Positions 7,741 through 15,777 of a DNA stretch of 24,685 nt are shown here, piece after piece. Location: NCBI GenBank assembly GCA_033855795.1, contig JAWVFS010000267.1, positions 1 to 24,685 of the forward strand. The letters run 5' to 3'. How positions within the stretch are numbered: the stretch's first letter is position 1; each line of letters begins with the position of its first letter. The notes beneath the pieces are model-generated. The model was given only the letters and a program-made list of their open reading frames with translations. It was not told the origin of the DNA and ran no database searches. The stretch comes from Solirubrobacteraceae bacterium. GTDB lineage: Bacteria > Actinomycetota > Thermoleophilia > Solirubrobacterales > Solirubrobacteraceae. Both the position numbers and the translations under genes were made by a program.

Positions 7741-8516
7741 GTGCGCACCAGCCTCGTCCGCAGAGCGAGGCTCGCCAGGACGGTGCCAACCACGATAAGG
7801 CCGATGGCCACCGCGAAGCCGAGCGCGAGCGCCTGGCCGTCCCAGCCGGTGATCAGCAACGAGCGCACGGCCTCGATCAGATAGGAGATCGGGTTCCACG
7901 TCGCGATCTCGCGGAACCAATCGGTCTGGATCAGGTCGCGGGGCAGGCTCATCGAGGACAGGAAGAGGAGGACGAAGAACAACGGGAACAGGCCCTGGAC
8001 CGCCTCGCCGGAGCCCGTGCGCAGCGCGGCGGCGGAGCCGATCGCGCCGAAGCCGAGCGTCATCAGAAAGGACAACGCGAAGATCACGAGCACGCCGCCC
8101 ACCCCCGCGGCGACGTGCGCGCCCGCGGTCAGTCCCACGAGCAGGAACGTGGCCGCCTGCACGAAACCGAGCACGAGGACACCCGCCAGCATGCCGGTCA
8201 GGAGCGCGCTTCCGCGCAGCGGCGTCAACGCGAGGCGGTTGAGGAAGCCGGTCTCGACGTCAGCCGCGAGGTTGGTGCCCGCGTTCATGAGGGCGAACAT
8301 CGCGCCCTGCATGAATGTGATGGAGAGCGCGAACGTGAGGTAGGAGTCGGTGGGGAAGCCGGGCAGCTTCGTCACGTTGTTCAGGCCGCCCGTGTTGACC
8401 GCGAGCAGGAAGAGCGGGAACACCAGCGCGGGCACGATCTGAGCCGGCTGGCGCATGGTGCGGGCGATCGAGCGCCGCGCGAGCTCGCCGATCTGCGTCG
8501 CCAGGGTCACCCTCAT
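7737..8516 (-). CDS. ABC-2 type exporter permease (first subunit)
   Basis: DVETGFLNRLALTP, WNPISYLIEAVR. ATGA overlap with the ATPase gene. Confidence 0.92.
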   Translation of the reverse strand: MRVTLATQIGELARRSIARTMRQPAQIVPALVFPLFLLAVNTGGLNNVTKLPGFPTDSYLTFALSITFMQGAMFALMNAGTNLAADVETGFLNRLALTPLRGSALLTGMLAGVLVLGFVQAATFLLVGLTAGAHVAAGVGGVLVIFALSFLMTLGFGAIGSAAALRTGSGEAVQGLFPLFFVLLFLSSMSLPRDLIQTDWFREIATWNPISYLIEAVRSLLITGWDGQALALGFAVAIGLIVVGTVLASLALRTRLVRT

Positions 8517-9517
8517 GCCGTCGTCGGGACCGCGTCGCGGTCCGTCGCCGCCTCCTCGCCCGCGTCGCCCGCGCCCTCCAGGGCGCGGCCCGTCTTCGCG
8601 AGGAACACGTCGCTGAGCGACGGCGCGTGGAGCTGCAGATGCTGGACCTTGAGGTTCTCCTGGTCGAGCGCGCGCACGATGTCGGAGAGGTCGGCGCTGC
8701 CCAGGCGCACGGCCGCGCCGTGGCGCGAGGCGAGGGTGCGCTCGCCGAACCGCTCGAGCACGCGGACCACCGCTTCGAAGTCGGCCTCGTCGAGCGGGAT
8801 CGCCTCCACGCTGGGGCGCCCGATCTCCTCCTTCAGGGCGGCCGGCGTGCCCTCGGTGACGATCCGGCCGTGGTCGATGATGCCCACGCGGTCGGCCAGG
8901 GTGTCGGCCTCTTCGAGGTACTGCGTCGTCAGGAACACGGTCACGCCGTCCTCGCCGGCCAGGCGCGCGACCTCGTCCCACAGGGCCGCCCGGCTCTGGA
9001 TGTCGAGGCCCGTGGTCGGCTCGTCGAGGAAGAGGATCTGCGGGCGGTGCACCAACGCCAGCGCGACGTCGAGCCGGCGCTTCATGCCGCCCGAGTACCC
9101 GCCGACCTTGCGGTCCGCCGCCTCGGTCAGGCCCATCCGCTCGAGCAGCTCCTGGCCCCGGCGCATGCGCTCGCTCCGGTCCAGGCCCTCGAGCGCGCCC
9201 TGCAGGCGCATGTGCTCGCGCCCGGTGAGGAACGGGTCGAGCGCGGCCTCCTGGAGGGCCGCCCCGATCACGCCGCGGACCTGCGGTCCCTGGGCGACGA
9301 CGTCGTAGCCGCCGACCCGGGCCGTGCCCGCGGTGGGCGGGAGCAGGGTCGTGAGCATGAGCACGGTGGTCGACTTCCCGGCGCCGTTGGGGCCGAGGAA
9401 GCCGTAGATCTCCCCCGGCGCAACCTGGAGGTCGATCCCGTCCACGGCGCGCGGGCCCTTCTTGAATTCCCGAACGAGGCCCTCGACCACGATGCTGGCT
9501 GGATTGTTGGTCTGCAT
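8513..9517 (-). CDS. ABC transporter ATP-binding protein (DrrA-like)
   Basis: Walker A GPNGAGKST, signature YSGGMKRR, Walker B LFLDEPT, TTQY switch. ATG 9517 lies 7 nt after TAAGGT. Confidence 0.95.
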   Translation of the reverse strand: MQTNNPASIVVEGLVREFKKGPRAVDGIDLQVAPGEIYGFLGPNGAGKSTTVLMLTTLLPPTAGTARVGGYDVVAQGPQVRGVIGAALQEAALDPFLTGREHMRLQGALEGLDRSERMRRGQELLERMGLTEAADRKVGGYSGGMKRRLDVALALVHRPQILFLDEPTTGLDIQSRAALWDEVARLAGEDGVTVFLTTQYLEEADTLADRVGIIDHGRIVTEGTPAALKEEIGRPSVEAIPLDEADFEAVVRVLERFGERTLASRHGAAVRLGSADLSDIVRALDQENLKVQHLQLHAPSLSDVFLAKTGRALEGAGDAGEEAATDRDAVPTTA

Positions 9518-9582
9518 GGAGGGCACCTTACCCAGATACTTGAGGTTGTCAACTGTCATTGTTTACGAGTAACATGTGCCGC
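9518..9582. promoter_or_regulatory. Overlapping divergent sigma70-type promoters, both apparently leaderless
   Basis: Minus: TTGACA(9552-9547)-16-TAAGGT(9530-9525)-7-ATG. Plus: TTGTCA(9546-9551)-18-TAACAT(9570-9575)-7-ATG. Confidence 0.65.
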
Positions 9583-10020
9583 ATGGCCACGCGCCCCGCG
9601 TCTCGCCGCACCACGCCGGCCGCCGAGGCATGGGGCCTGATCCATCAGCTGTTCTCCTCTCAGAAGGGACGGTTCATCGCGATCGCGCACGAGTTCGACC
9701 TGACTCCGATGCAGATGGGCGCCATCCGAACGCTGGAACCGGATCAGCCCGTGCCGATGAGCGAGCTCGCGGGGTCACTCCACTGCGACGCCTCCAACGT
9801 GACCGGGCTCGTGGACCGGCTCGAGACGCGCGGGCTGGCCGAGCGCCGGCACGTCGACGGCGATCGCCGGGTCAAGATGATCGCGCTGACCGATGAGGGC
9901 GCGCGGGTACGCGAGGCGCTGGTGACGCGGATGTCCGAGCCCCCCCCACCGCTGGCCGCGCTGTCCGCCTCGGACCAGCGGGCGCTGCGCGACGTCCTGC
10001 GCCGGGCGCTGGGACGCTGA
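9583..10020 (+). CDS. MarR family transcriptional regulator
   Basis: LTPMQ..., MSELAGSLHCDASNVTGLVDRLETRGL, DRRVKMIALTDEG winged-helix pattern. Confidence 0.93.
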   Translation: MATRPASRRTTPAAEAWGLIHQLFSSQKGRFIAIAHEFDLTPMQMGAIRTLEPDQPVPMSELAGSLHCDASNVTGLVDRLETRGLAERRHVDGDRRVKMIALTDEGARVREALVTRMSEPPPPLAALSASDQRALRDVLRRALGR

Positions 10021-11775
10021 TCAGCGCCGCGCCGGCCGGCGCGTGCGCCGCGGCGTCCTCCGCCTCCTCCTCCGGCGGCGCTTCGCGGGCGCCGGGAGCT
10101 TCGGCACGACACGCTCGCCGACGATCTCACTGGGTATGCCCGGGCGCAAGCGCGCCGGCCGCGCCGGCAGACCGAGCCCGCCGGCGCGGATCACGAGCGC
10201 GTCGGCGGCCCGCTCGCTGACCGCCGCGATCGTCAGCGACGGGTTGACGCCCAGCGACGTGGGGATGATCGACGAGTCGATGCAGAACAGCCCCTCGTAG
10301 CCGTAGACGGCGCCGGTGTCGTCGGTCACGCCCAGGTCGGGAGACTCCGCCATGCGGCAGCCGCCGAGGGGGTGCGACGCGTAGGCGCCCTGGGTCTCGG
10401 TCAGCGCCATGAACCGCCCGAGCCCGCGGCGCTCGGCGATCTTCTTCATCGCCGCGTTGGCGGCCTCGCGCACCGCCACGGACTGCTCGGACAGCGCGTA
10501 GCTGAACGTCCCGACCTCGACCGGCCCGGCGTTCGGCCGCACCGCCCCGCCGCCGGTCGGGGGAGCGCCGTAGAACTGCCCGTCGTGGGTGTCCTCGACC
10601 ATCGCCAGGAGCTCGATGCGGTTGGCCCAGTGCGCGACGGCCTGCTTCTTCTGCAGGCCCCACCACGATGGGTCGCCGGGCGGGTCGCGCCCGTCGTCGT
10701 AGAGGAAGTTGGTCAGGGACGACAGGAAGATCTCCTGGAGGTTGAAGCGCGTGCCGTCGTAGGAGTGGTCGCGCCGGCCGACCCAGAAGTCGTAGGTCAT
10801 CGTGGTGATCGGCTTCCCCTTGTGAAAGTCCGCGTAGCCGGGTAGGCGCAGCAGCTGGCGGACCTTGGCCGGGTCGTACTCGATCGCCGCGATGTGGTCG
10901 CCGTTGACGCCGAGGTGCTTCCCGAGCTCCTTCGACAGGCCCGGGAGATCGTTCTGCGAGCGCATCAGGATGGGCGCGTTGCCCATCGCGCCGGTGGCGA
11001 GCACCAGAACCTTGCACTCGATCTCCTGCTTGGCGCCCGACGGCTGGCGCGTCGGCTGCGCGCCGCCGTTGTCCATCGGCGAGACGGTCACGATGAAGCG
11101 GTACGGACGGGCTGAGGATTGGCGGACCGACTCGACCTGGAAATTCGGCCTCACCCGTACGCCGAGGCGCTCGGCGCTGGGCAGGTAATTGGTGATGAGC
11201 GAGTTCTTGGCCCCGAAGACGCAACCGGTGTGACACCACTTGGCGTTGACGCAGCGCTTCGGGGAGATCGCGACCGGGACCCGATCGCAGGTGTGGCCGG
11301 CGGCGGCGAGGGTGGCCGCCCACAGCCCGCCGGACTTCGACACGTCCTTCCAGCCGGGCTGGTTGACCCGCAGCCCCGCCTCGGCGCGCGCGCAGTAGGG
11401 ATCGAGCGTGCGCCGCGAGAGCCTGGCGGGCCACATGCGGCGGTCGGACCCGTCGCCGGGTCGGCGGTCGCGGCGCTCGAACGTCTCCGTCGGGGCCCGC
11501 AGCGAGGCGGCGAGGTACAGGTTCGACCCGCCGCCGAGCGCGTTGGCGGTCACGACCTGAGCCCCCTGGCCCTGGATCAGGTTGTAGACGTCGGACAGAT
11601 GCTCGACGTCCATCGACTGGCGGAACTCGGTGTGCTTGTAGCGCTGGCCGCGCTCGAGCAGGACGATGTCGGCCGGGTCGGCCCCGGCGGCGTGGTAGAG
11701 CTCGGCGAGGCGGAAGGCGGTGATCGAGCCACCGAAGCCGGAGCCGCAGATGAGGACGTCGACCCGCTCGGGCAT
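10021..11775 (-). CDS. GMC family flavoprotein oxidoreductase (cholesterol oxidase-like), no signal peptide
   Basis: DVLICGSGFGG, GGGSNLY, VLATGAMG, SHPLGGCRM (His), GVNPSLTI (Asn), Cys cluster CVNAKWCHTGC. Confidence 0.9.
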   Translation of the reverse strand: MPERVDVLICGSGFGGSITAFRLAELYHAAGADPADIVLLERGQRYKHTEFRQSMDVEHLSDVYNLIQGQGAQVVTANALGGGSNLYLAASLRAPTETFERRDRRPGDGSDRRMWPARLSRRTLDPYCARAEAGLRVNQPGWKDVSKSGGLWAATLAAAGHTCDRVPVAISPKRCVNAKWCHTGCVFGAKNSLITNYLPSAERLGVRVRPNFQVESVRQSSARPYRFIVTVSPMDNGGAQPTRQPSGAKQEIECKVLVLATGAMGNAPILMRSQNDLPGLSKELGKHLGVNGDHIAAIEYDPAKVRQLLRLPGYADFHKGKPITTMTYDFWVGRRDHSYDGTRFNLQEIFLSSLTNFLYDDGRDPPGDPSWWGLQKKQAVAHWANRIELLAMVEDTHDGQFYGAPPTGGGAVRPNAGPVEVGTFSYALSEQSVAVREAANAAMKKIAERRGLGRFMALTETQGAYASHPLGGCRMAESPDLGVTDDTGAVYGYEGLFCIDSSIIPTSLGVNPSLTIAAVSERAADALVIRAGGLGLPARPARLRPGIPSEIVGERVVPKLPAPAKRRRRRRRRTPRRTRRPARR

Positions 11776-12450
11776 CTAGCTGAGGTACCCCTTCTTCGTG
11801 CGCTCGCGCGCGAGCTTCTTGCCATAGGTGAAGTCGCGGTAGCCGTTGGGTGCGATGCCCGGCAGGCCCATCACGCGGTAGCCCGAGGCCCGGGCGGCGG
11901 TGGCGTTGCGCACGAGGGCGGCCGCGCAGAAGGCGGTGAACGGGACCGCAGCGGCGGCTTCCCACACGACCCGTGAGGGGTTGTCGAAGTCCAGGCCGGC
12001 GACCAGCACCCCGACGCGCTTGTCGAAGGAGAGGTCGAGGAAGTCCGACCCCAGCGGCAGCGAGCGGGCGGACAGGTCGGCGAGCAGGGCGGGCTCGAGC
12101 GCGTCGAACCCGATCAACGGGTGGTGGAAGAGCGCGAGGGCGTCGGCCTCGACCGCCCCGGGCAGCGCGTCGACGCCGGCGATCGCGAGCGGGTGGATCG
12201 TGTTGCCGAGGTCGGTCGCGGCGGCCTTGCGCCCCGGCAGGATCGTGTCCGCGAACGCCTGCAGCGTGCCGTCCACGAGGTTCAGGTCGGCCACGACCGG
12301 CGGGGGGTCCAGCAGCCGCTGGGCGTACGGAACGGCCGAGGCCACGGTGGCGCTCAGCCCGAGCACACCGGCGCGGCGCAGGAAGCCGCGCCGCGTGAGG
12401 TCATCGATGAGCGCCGCGTGCCCGGCGCGCGTCCCTGCCGCCCCCGCCAT
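11776..12450 (-). CDS. Tat-signal protein, DUF5987-like / dehydrogenase small (gamma)-subunit-like
   Basis: TRRGFLRR twin-arginine motif plus hydrophobic stretch, TLQAFADTILPG motif. Stop abuts the GMC ATG (0-nt gap). Confidence 0.7.
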   Translation of the reverse strand: MAGAAGTRAGHAALIDDLTRRGFLRRAGVLGLSATVASAVPYAQRLLDPPPVVADLNLVDGTLQAFADTILPGRKAAATDLGNTIHPLAIAGVDALPGAVEADALALFHHPLIGFDALEPALLADLSARSLPLGSDFLDLSFDKRVGVLVAGLDFDNPSRVVWEAAAAVPFTAFCAAALVRNATAARASGYRVMGLPGIAPNGYRDFTYGKKLARERTKKGYLS

Positions 12451-12548
12451 TGCAGATGAACGCTAGCGGCCGGTGGAGGGGGTCGCAACCGGCAACGGGA
12501 AAGCGATGGGCTTTATTTTGGTGCCTAGTGGGTAGGCTTCCGCCCGCA

Positions 12549-13409
12549 ATGCCCCTTCCCCAGCCCGAGCCCCACGCCACGGCCCTGATCACGGGCGCTT
12601 CGTCGGGCATCGGCGAGGCGTTCGCCCGCGAGCTGGCCGCGCGCGGTCACTCCGTGACCCTGGTGGCGCGACGGGCGGACCGGCTCGAGCGCCTCGCGGA
12701 CGAGCTCCGCGCCGAGCACGGCATCCGGGCCGAGGTGATTCCGACGGACGTCGGGGACCCCCAAGACCGCGAGGATCTCGTGGACGAGCTGGAAAATCGA
12801 GGCCTGGCGGTGAACGTCCTCGTCAACAACGCGGGCTTCGGCATCTACGCCCCCTTCGCCGAGGTCGGCCTGGAGCGCGAGTTCGAGCAGGTCGAGCTGC
12901 TGGTGGGAGCGGTCATGGACCTGACGGGCCGGCTGCTGCCCGGGATGCTCACCCGCGGCCGCGGCGCGATCGTCAACGTGTCCTCGACGGCCGCCTTCCA
13001 GGCGCTGCCCGGCAACGGGACCTACGCCGCCGGCAAGGCGTGGGTGCTGCTGCACAGCGAGGCGCTGCACGAGGAGGTCAAGGGCCGCGGAGTGACGGTG
13101 ACCGCCGTGTGCCCCGGCCCGGTCCGCAGCGGCTTCCAGGAGGCGTCGGAGCCGCTGTTCGCGGACCGCCTGCCGAAATTCGTGTGGCGCGAGCCCGACC
13201 GCGTGGCGCGGGACGGTGTGCGCGCCGTCGAGCGCGGCAAGCGCAGCGTGATCCCGGGAGGAATGCTCGTGAGGATGTTCTTCGGCTTCAACCGGGTCGC
13301 CCCGGCGTGGCTCGCCGTGCCGATGGCCCGCCGGATGATGTCCAAGGAGCTCGAGCGCGGCAGCGCGGGCCAGGCGGAGCTCCCGGTTCCGCCCGCCACG
13401 TCCTCCTGA
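12549..13409 (+). CDS. Short-chain dehydrogenase/reductase (SDR)
   Basis: TGASSGIG, LVNNAGFG, NVSS, YAAGK (YxxxK), CPGPV. Confidence 0.93.
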   Translation: MPLPQPEPHATALITGASSGIGEAFARELAARGHSVTLVARRADRLERLADELRAEHGIRAEVIPTDVGDPQDREDLVDELENRGLAVNVLVNNAGFGIYAPFAEVGLEREFEQVELLVGAVMDLTGRLLPGMLTRGRGAIVNVSSTAAFQALPGNGTYAAGKAWVLLHSEALHEEVKGRGVTVTAVCPGPVRSGFQEASEPLFADRLPKFVWREPDRVARDGVRAVERGKRSVIPGGMLVRMFFGFNRVAPAWLAVPMARRMMSKELERGSAGQAELPVPPATSS

Positions 13410-13424
13410 GCCGGGCCTCGGGCC

Positions 13425-13703
13425 TCAGGCCAGGCCGTCGACGCCCCCGGCGAGCTGAAAATCGGCCTCCGTGAGGCCGCCCGCCGAGTGGTTGGTGACC
13501 GACAGCCGGACCTTGTTCCACCCGTGGAGCAGGATGTCGGGATGGTGGTTCGCCGCCTCGGCCAGCTCGCCGACGGCGTTGACGAACTCCATCGCGCGGG
13601 CGAAGTTCTCGAACTGCCACTCGCGCACGATCTCGTCGCCCTCGCGCGCCCACTCGCTGTCCGACAGGTGCTCGGCGATCTGCTCGTCGTTCAGCAGTTC
13701 CAT
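13425..13703 (-). CDS. phhB: 4a-hydroxytetrahydrobiopterin dehydratase (pterin-4-alpha-carbinolamine dehydratase)
   Basis: F..F..AM.FVN.V..LAE..NHHPDI, V.NHSAGGLT..DF.LA. SD GGGAGA 6 nt upstream of ATG 13703. Confidence 0.92.
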   Translation of the reverse strand: MELLNDEQIAEHLSDSEWAREGDEIVREWQFENFARAMEFVNAVGELAEAANHHPDILLHGWNKVRLSVTNHSAGGLTEADFQLAGGVDGLA

Positions 13704-13715
13704 ATCGTTTCTCCC

Positions 13716-14606
13716 GTGCGGATCGTGTCCCTCGTGCCCTCGGCCACCGAGCTGCTCTTCGCGCTCGGGCTCGGCGACGAGGTTATCGCCGTCACGCACG
13801 AGTGCGATTACCCCCTCGAGGCACTGGAGCTCCCGCGGGTCACAAGCGACGTGCTCGAGCCCGGGCTGAGCGCCCGTCAGATCGACGCCGCGGTGCGCGA
13901 GCGCACCCAGCGCGGGGAGGCGATCTACGCGCTCGACGAGGAGCACCTGGCCGAGCTCGAGCCGGACCTGATCGTCACGCAGGCCGTGTGCGCGGTGTGC
14001 GCCGTGTCCCACGACGACGTCGTGGCAGCGGCCGAGCGGATGGACGAGCCGCCGCGCGTGATCTCGCTTGACCCCAGCACCGTCGGCGAGGTGCTGGGCA
14101 CGGTCCGCACGGTCGCCGAGGCGACGAATCGTCGCGACGCCGGCGTCGCGCTCGTGCACGAGGCCTCGCGCCGGATCGACTTGGTGCGCCTCGCCGTCCG
14201 CGGGGCTCCCCGTTCGCGGGTCGCCGCGCTCGAGTGGCTGGACCCGGTGTTCGTCGCCGGCCACTGGACGCCGCAGCTCATCGAGTACGCCGGCGGGGTG
14301 GACGCGCTGGGGTTCGCCGGCGAGCGCTCGCGCACGGCGGAGTGGGCCGAGATCGCCGCGGTCGAGCCCGACGTCGTCGTCGTCATGCCGTGCGGTTACG
14401 ACGCCGCCCGTTCTCTGGAGGAGGCGGAGGACCACCGGGCCGAGCTCGAGGCGCTCGGCGCCCGCGACGTGGTGGCGGTGGACGCATCTGCCTATTTCTC
14501 GCGCCCGGGCCCGCGCGTGGTGGACGGGCTCGAGGTGCTCGCCCACCTGCTGCACCCCGACCTCGTGCCCGAGCCGGTGGCGGCCGAGCGACCGCTGCCG
14601 CTCTGA
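13716..14606 (+). CDS. BtuF-like (cobalamin/Fe-siderophore class) substrate-binding-fold protein without signal peptide
   Basis: RIVSL.PSATE.LFALG, LEPDLIVTQ, EWLDP...GHW, FSRPGPRVVDGLE. Confidence 0.85.
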   Translation: MRIVSLVPSATELLFALGLGDEVIAVTHECDYPLEALELPRVTSDVLEPGLSARQIDAAVRERTQRGEAIYALDEEHLAELEPDLIVTQAVCAVCAVSHDDVVAAAERMDEPPRVISLDPSTVGEVLGTVRTVAEATNRRDAGVALVHEASRRIDLVRLAVRGAPRSRVAALEWLDPVFVAGHWTPQLIEYAGGVDALGFAGERSRTAEWAEIAAVEPDVVVVMPCGYDAARSLEEAEDHRAELEALGARDVVAVDASAYFSRPGPRVVDGLEVLAHLLHPDLVPEPVAAERPLPL

Positions 14607-14613
14607 CCGCCGG

Positions 14614-15777
14614 ATGGTCGGCCCCGGTCCGGCGCGGACCGTCCTCTACGCCCACTCGTCGGCCGGCCGCTACGGAGCGGACCGCCAGCTCGCGCTGCTC
14701 GTCTCCAACCTCGATCCCGAGCGCTACCGCGCCCTCGTCGTGCTGCCGGAGGACGGACCGCTGGCCGCGGATCTGCGCGACGCCGGCGCCGAGGTGCACG
14801 TGCGGCCGGGTCTCGCCGTGCTGCGGCGGGCTCTGCTGCACCCCGCCGGCGTCGCGCGCGTGACCGCGCGGGCGGCCGCCGACGCGCGCGGCCTCGCCCG
14901 TCTCGCGCGCGCCCGCGGCGCGCGGCTGGTCCACACCAACACCTCGGTGACGCTCGGCGGCGCGGCGGCCGCCCGCGCCGCCCGGCTGCCCCACGTGTGG
15001 CATGTGCGGGAGATCTACGCCGACTTCCCGCGCTGGTGGCCGGCCTACCGCCGGCTGCTGCTGAGCGCCGACGCCGTCCCCTGCCTGTCGGAGGCGACGC
15101 GCGCCCAGTTCGGGGACGCGCCCAACGCGCTCGTGATCCACGAGGGCCTGCCGGCCGAGGCCACGGCGCGCCGACCCCTCGCCCGGAGCGCGGCGCGCGT
15201 CGCGCTCGGCCTGCCAGAGGATGCGTTCACATGCCTCGTGCTCGGGCGCCTGAACTCGTGGAAGGGCCAGGAGGTGCTGGCGCGTGCGCTCGCCGAGCCG
15301 GCGCTGCGCGAGCGCGGCGCGATCGGGCTGGTGGCCGGCGACGCCTGGCCCGGCGAGGAGCGCCACGAGCGCGCGCTTGGAGCACTGCGCTCCGAACTGG
15401 GGCTCGGCGACCGCCTGCGCCTGCTGGGGTTCCGCGACGATCTCGACGCGCTCTACGGCGCGGCCGACGTCGTGTGCGTGCCCTCGACGCGGCCCGAGCC
15501 GCTCGGGCTGGTCGCGCTCGAGGCCGCCGCCGCGGCCAAGTGCGTGGTCGCCTCCGACGCGGGTGGGCTGCCGGAGATCGTGCGCGACGGGGAGACCGGC
15601 CGGCTCGTCGCGCCCGGCTCGGCCCCGGCGCTGGCGTCAGCGCTCGGAGAGCTCGCCGACGAGCCTGATCTGCGGACGCGGCTGGGCGCCGCGGCGGCGG
15701 TGGACGTGCGCGCGCGCTTCTCGACGGCCCGCCTGCTCGAGCACACGCAGGCGCTCTACGACGACCTGCTCGCTTAG
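14614..15777 (+). CDS. Glycosyltransferase family 4 (GT-B)
   Basis: YGADRQL, LVHTNT, WHVRE, LGRLNSWKGQ, EPLGLVALEA (EX7E). Confidence 0.92.
   Translation: MVGPGPARTVLYAHSSAGRYGADRQLALLVSNLDPERYRALVVLPEDGPLAADLRDAGAEVHVRPGLAVLRRALLHPAGVARVTARAAADARGLARLARARGARLVHTNTSVTLGGAAAARAARLPHVWHVREIYADFPRWWPAYRRLLLSADAVPCLSEATRAQFGDAPNALVIHEGLPAEATARRPLARSAARVALGLPEDAFTCLVLGRLNSWKGQEVLARALAEPALRERGAIGLVAGDAWPGEERHERALGALRSELGLGDRLRLLGFRDDLDALYGAADVVCVPSTRPEPLGLVALEAAAAAKCVVASDAGGLPEIVRDGETGRLVAPGSAPALASALGELADEPDLRTRLGAAAAVDVRARFSTARLLEHTQALYDDLLA

Noticed and set aside
5989-7884. Long antisense or alternative-frame ORFs (also 2858-4378, 8115-9308, 10127-11965, 18948-21050, most of 13425-14555 and others)
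   Set aside because: Shadow ORFs expected at very high GC. They have no recognisable motifs and each overlaps a well-supported gene.
10015-10026. Palindrome CGCTGATCAGCG at the abutting stops of marR and the GMC gene (similar TGA/TCA stems at 13405-13429)
   Set aside because: Largely produced by two convergent TGA codons. At most weak terminators, not a separate element.
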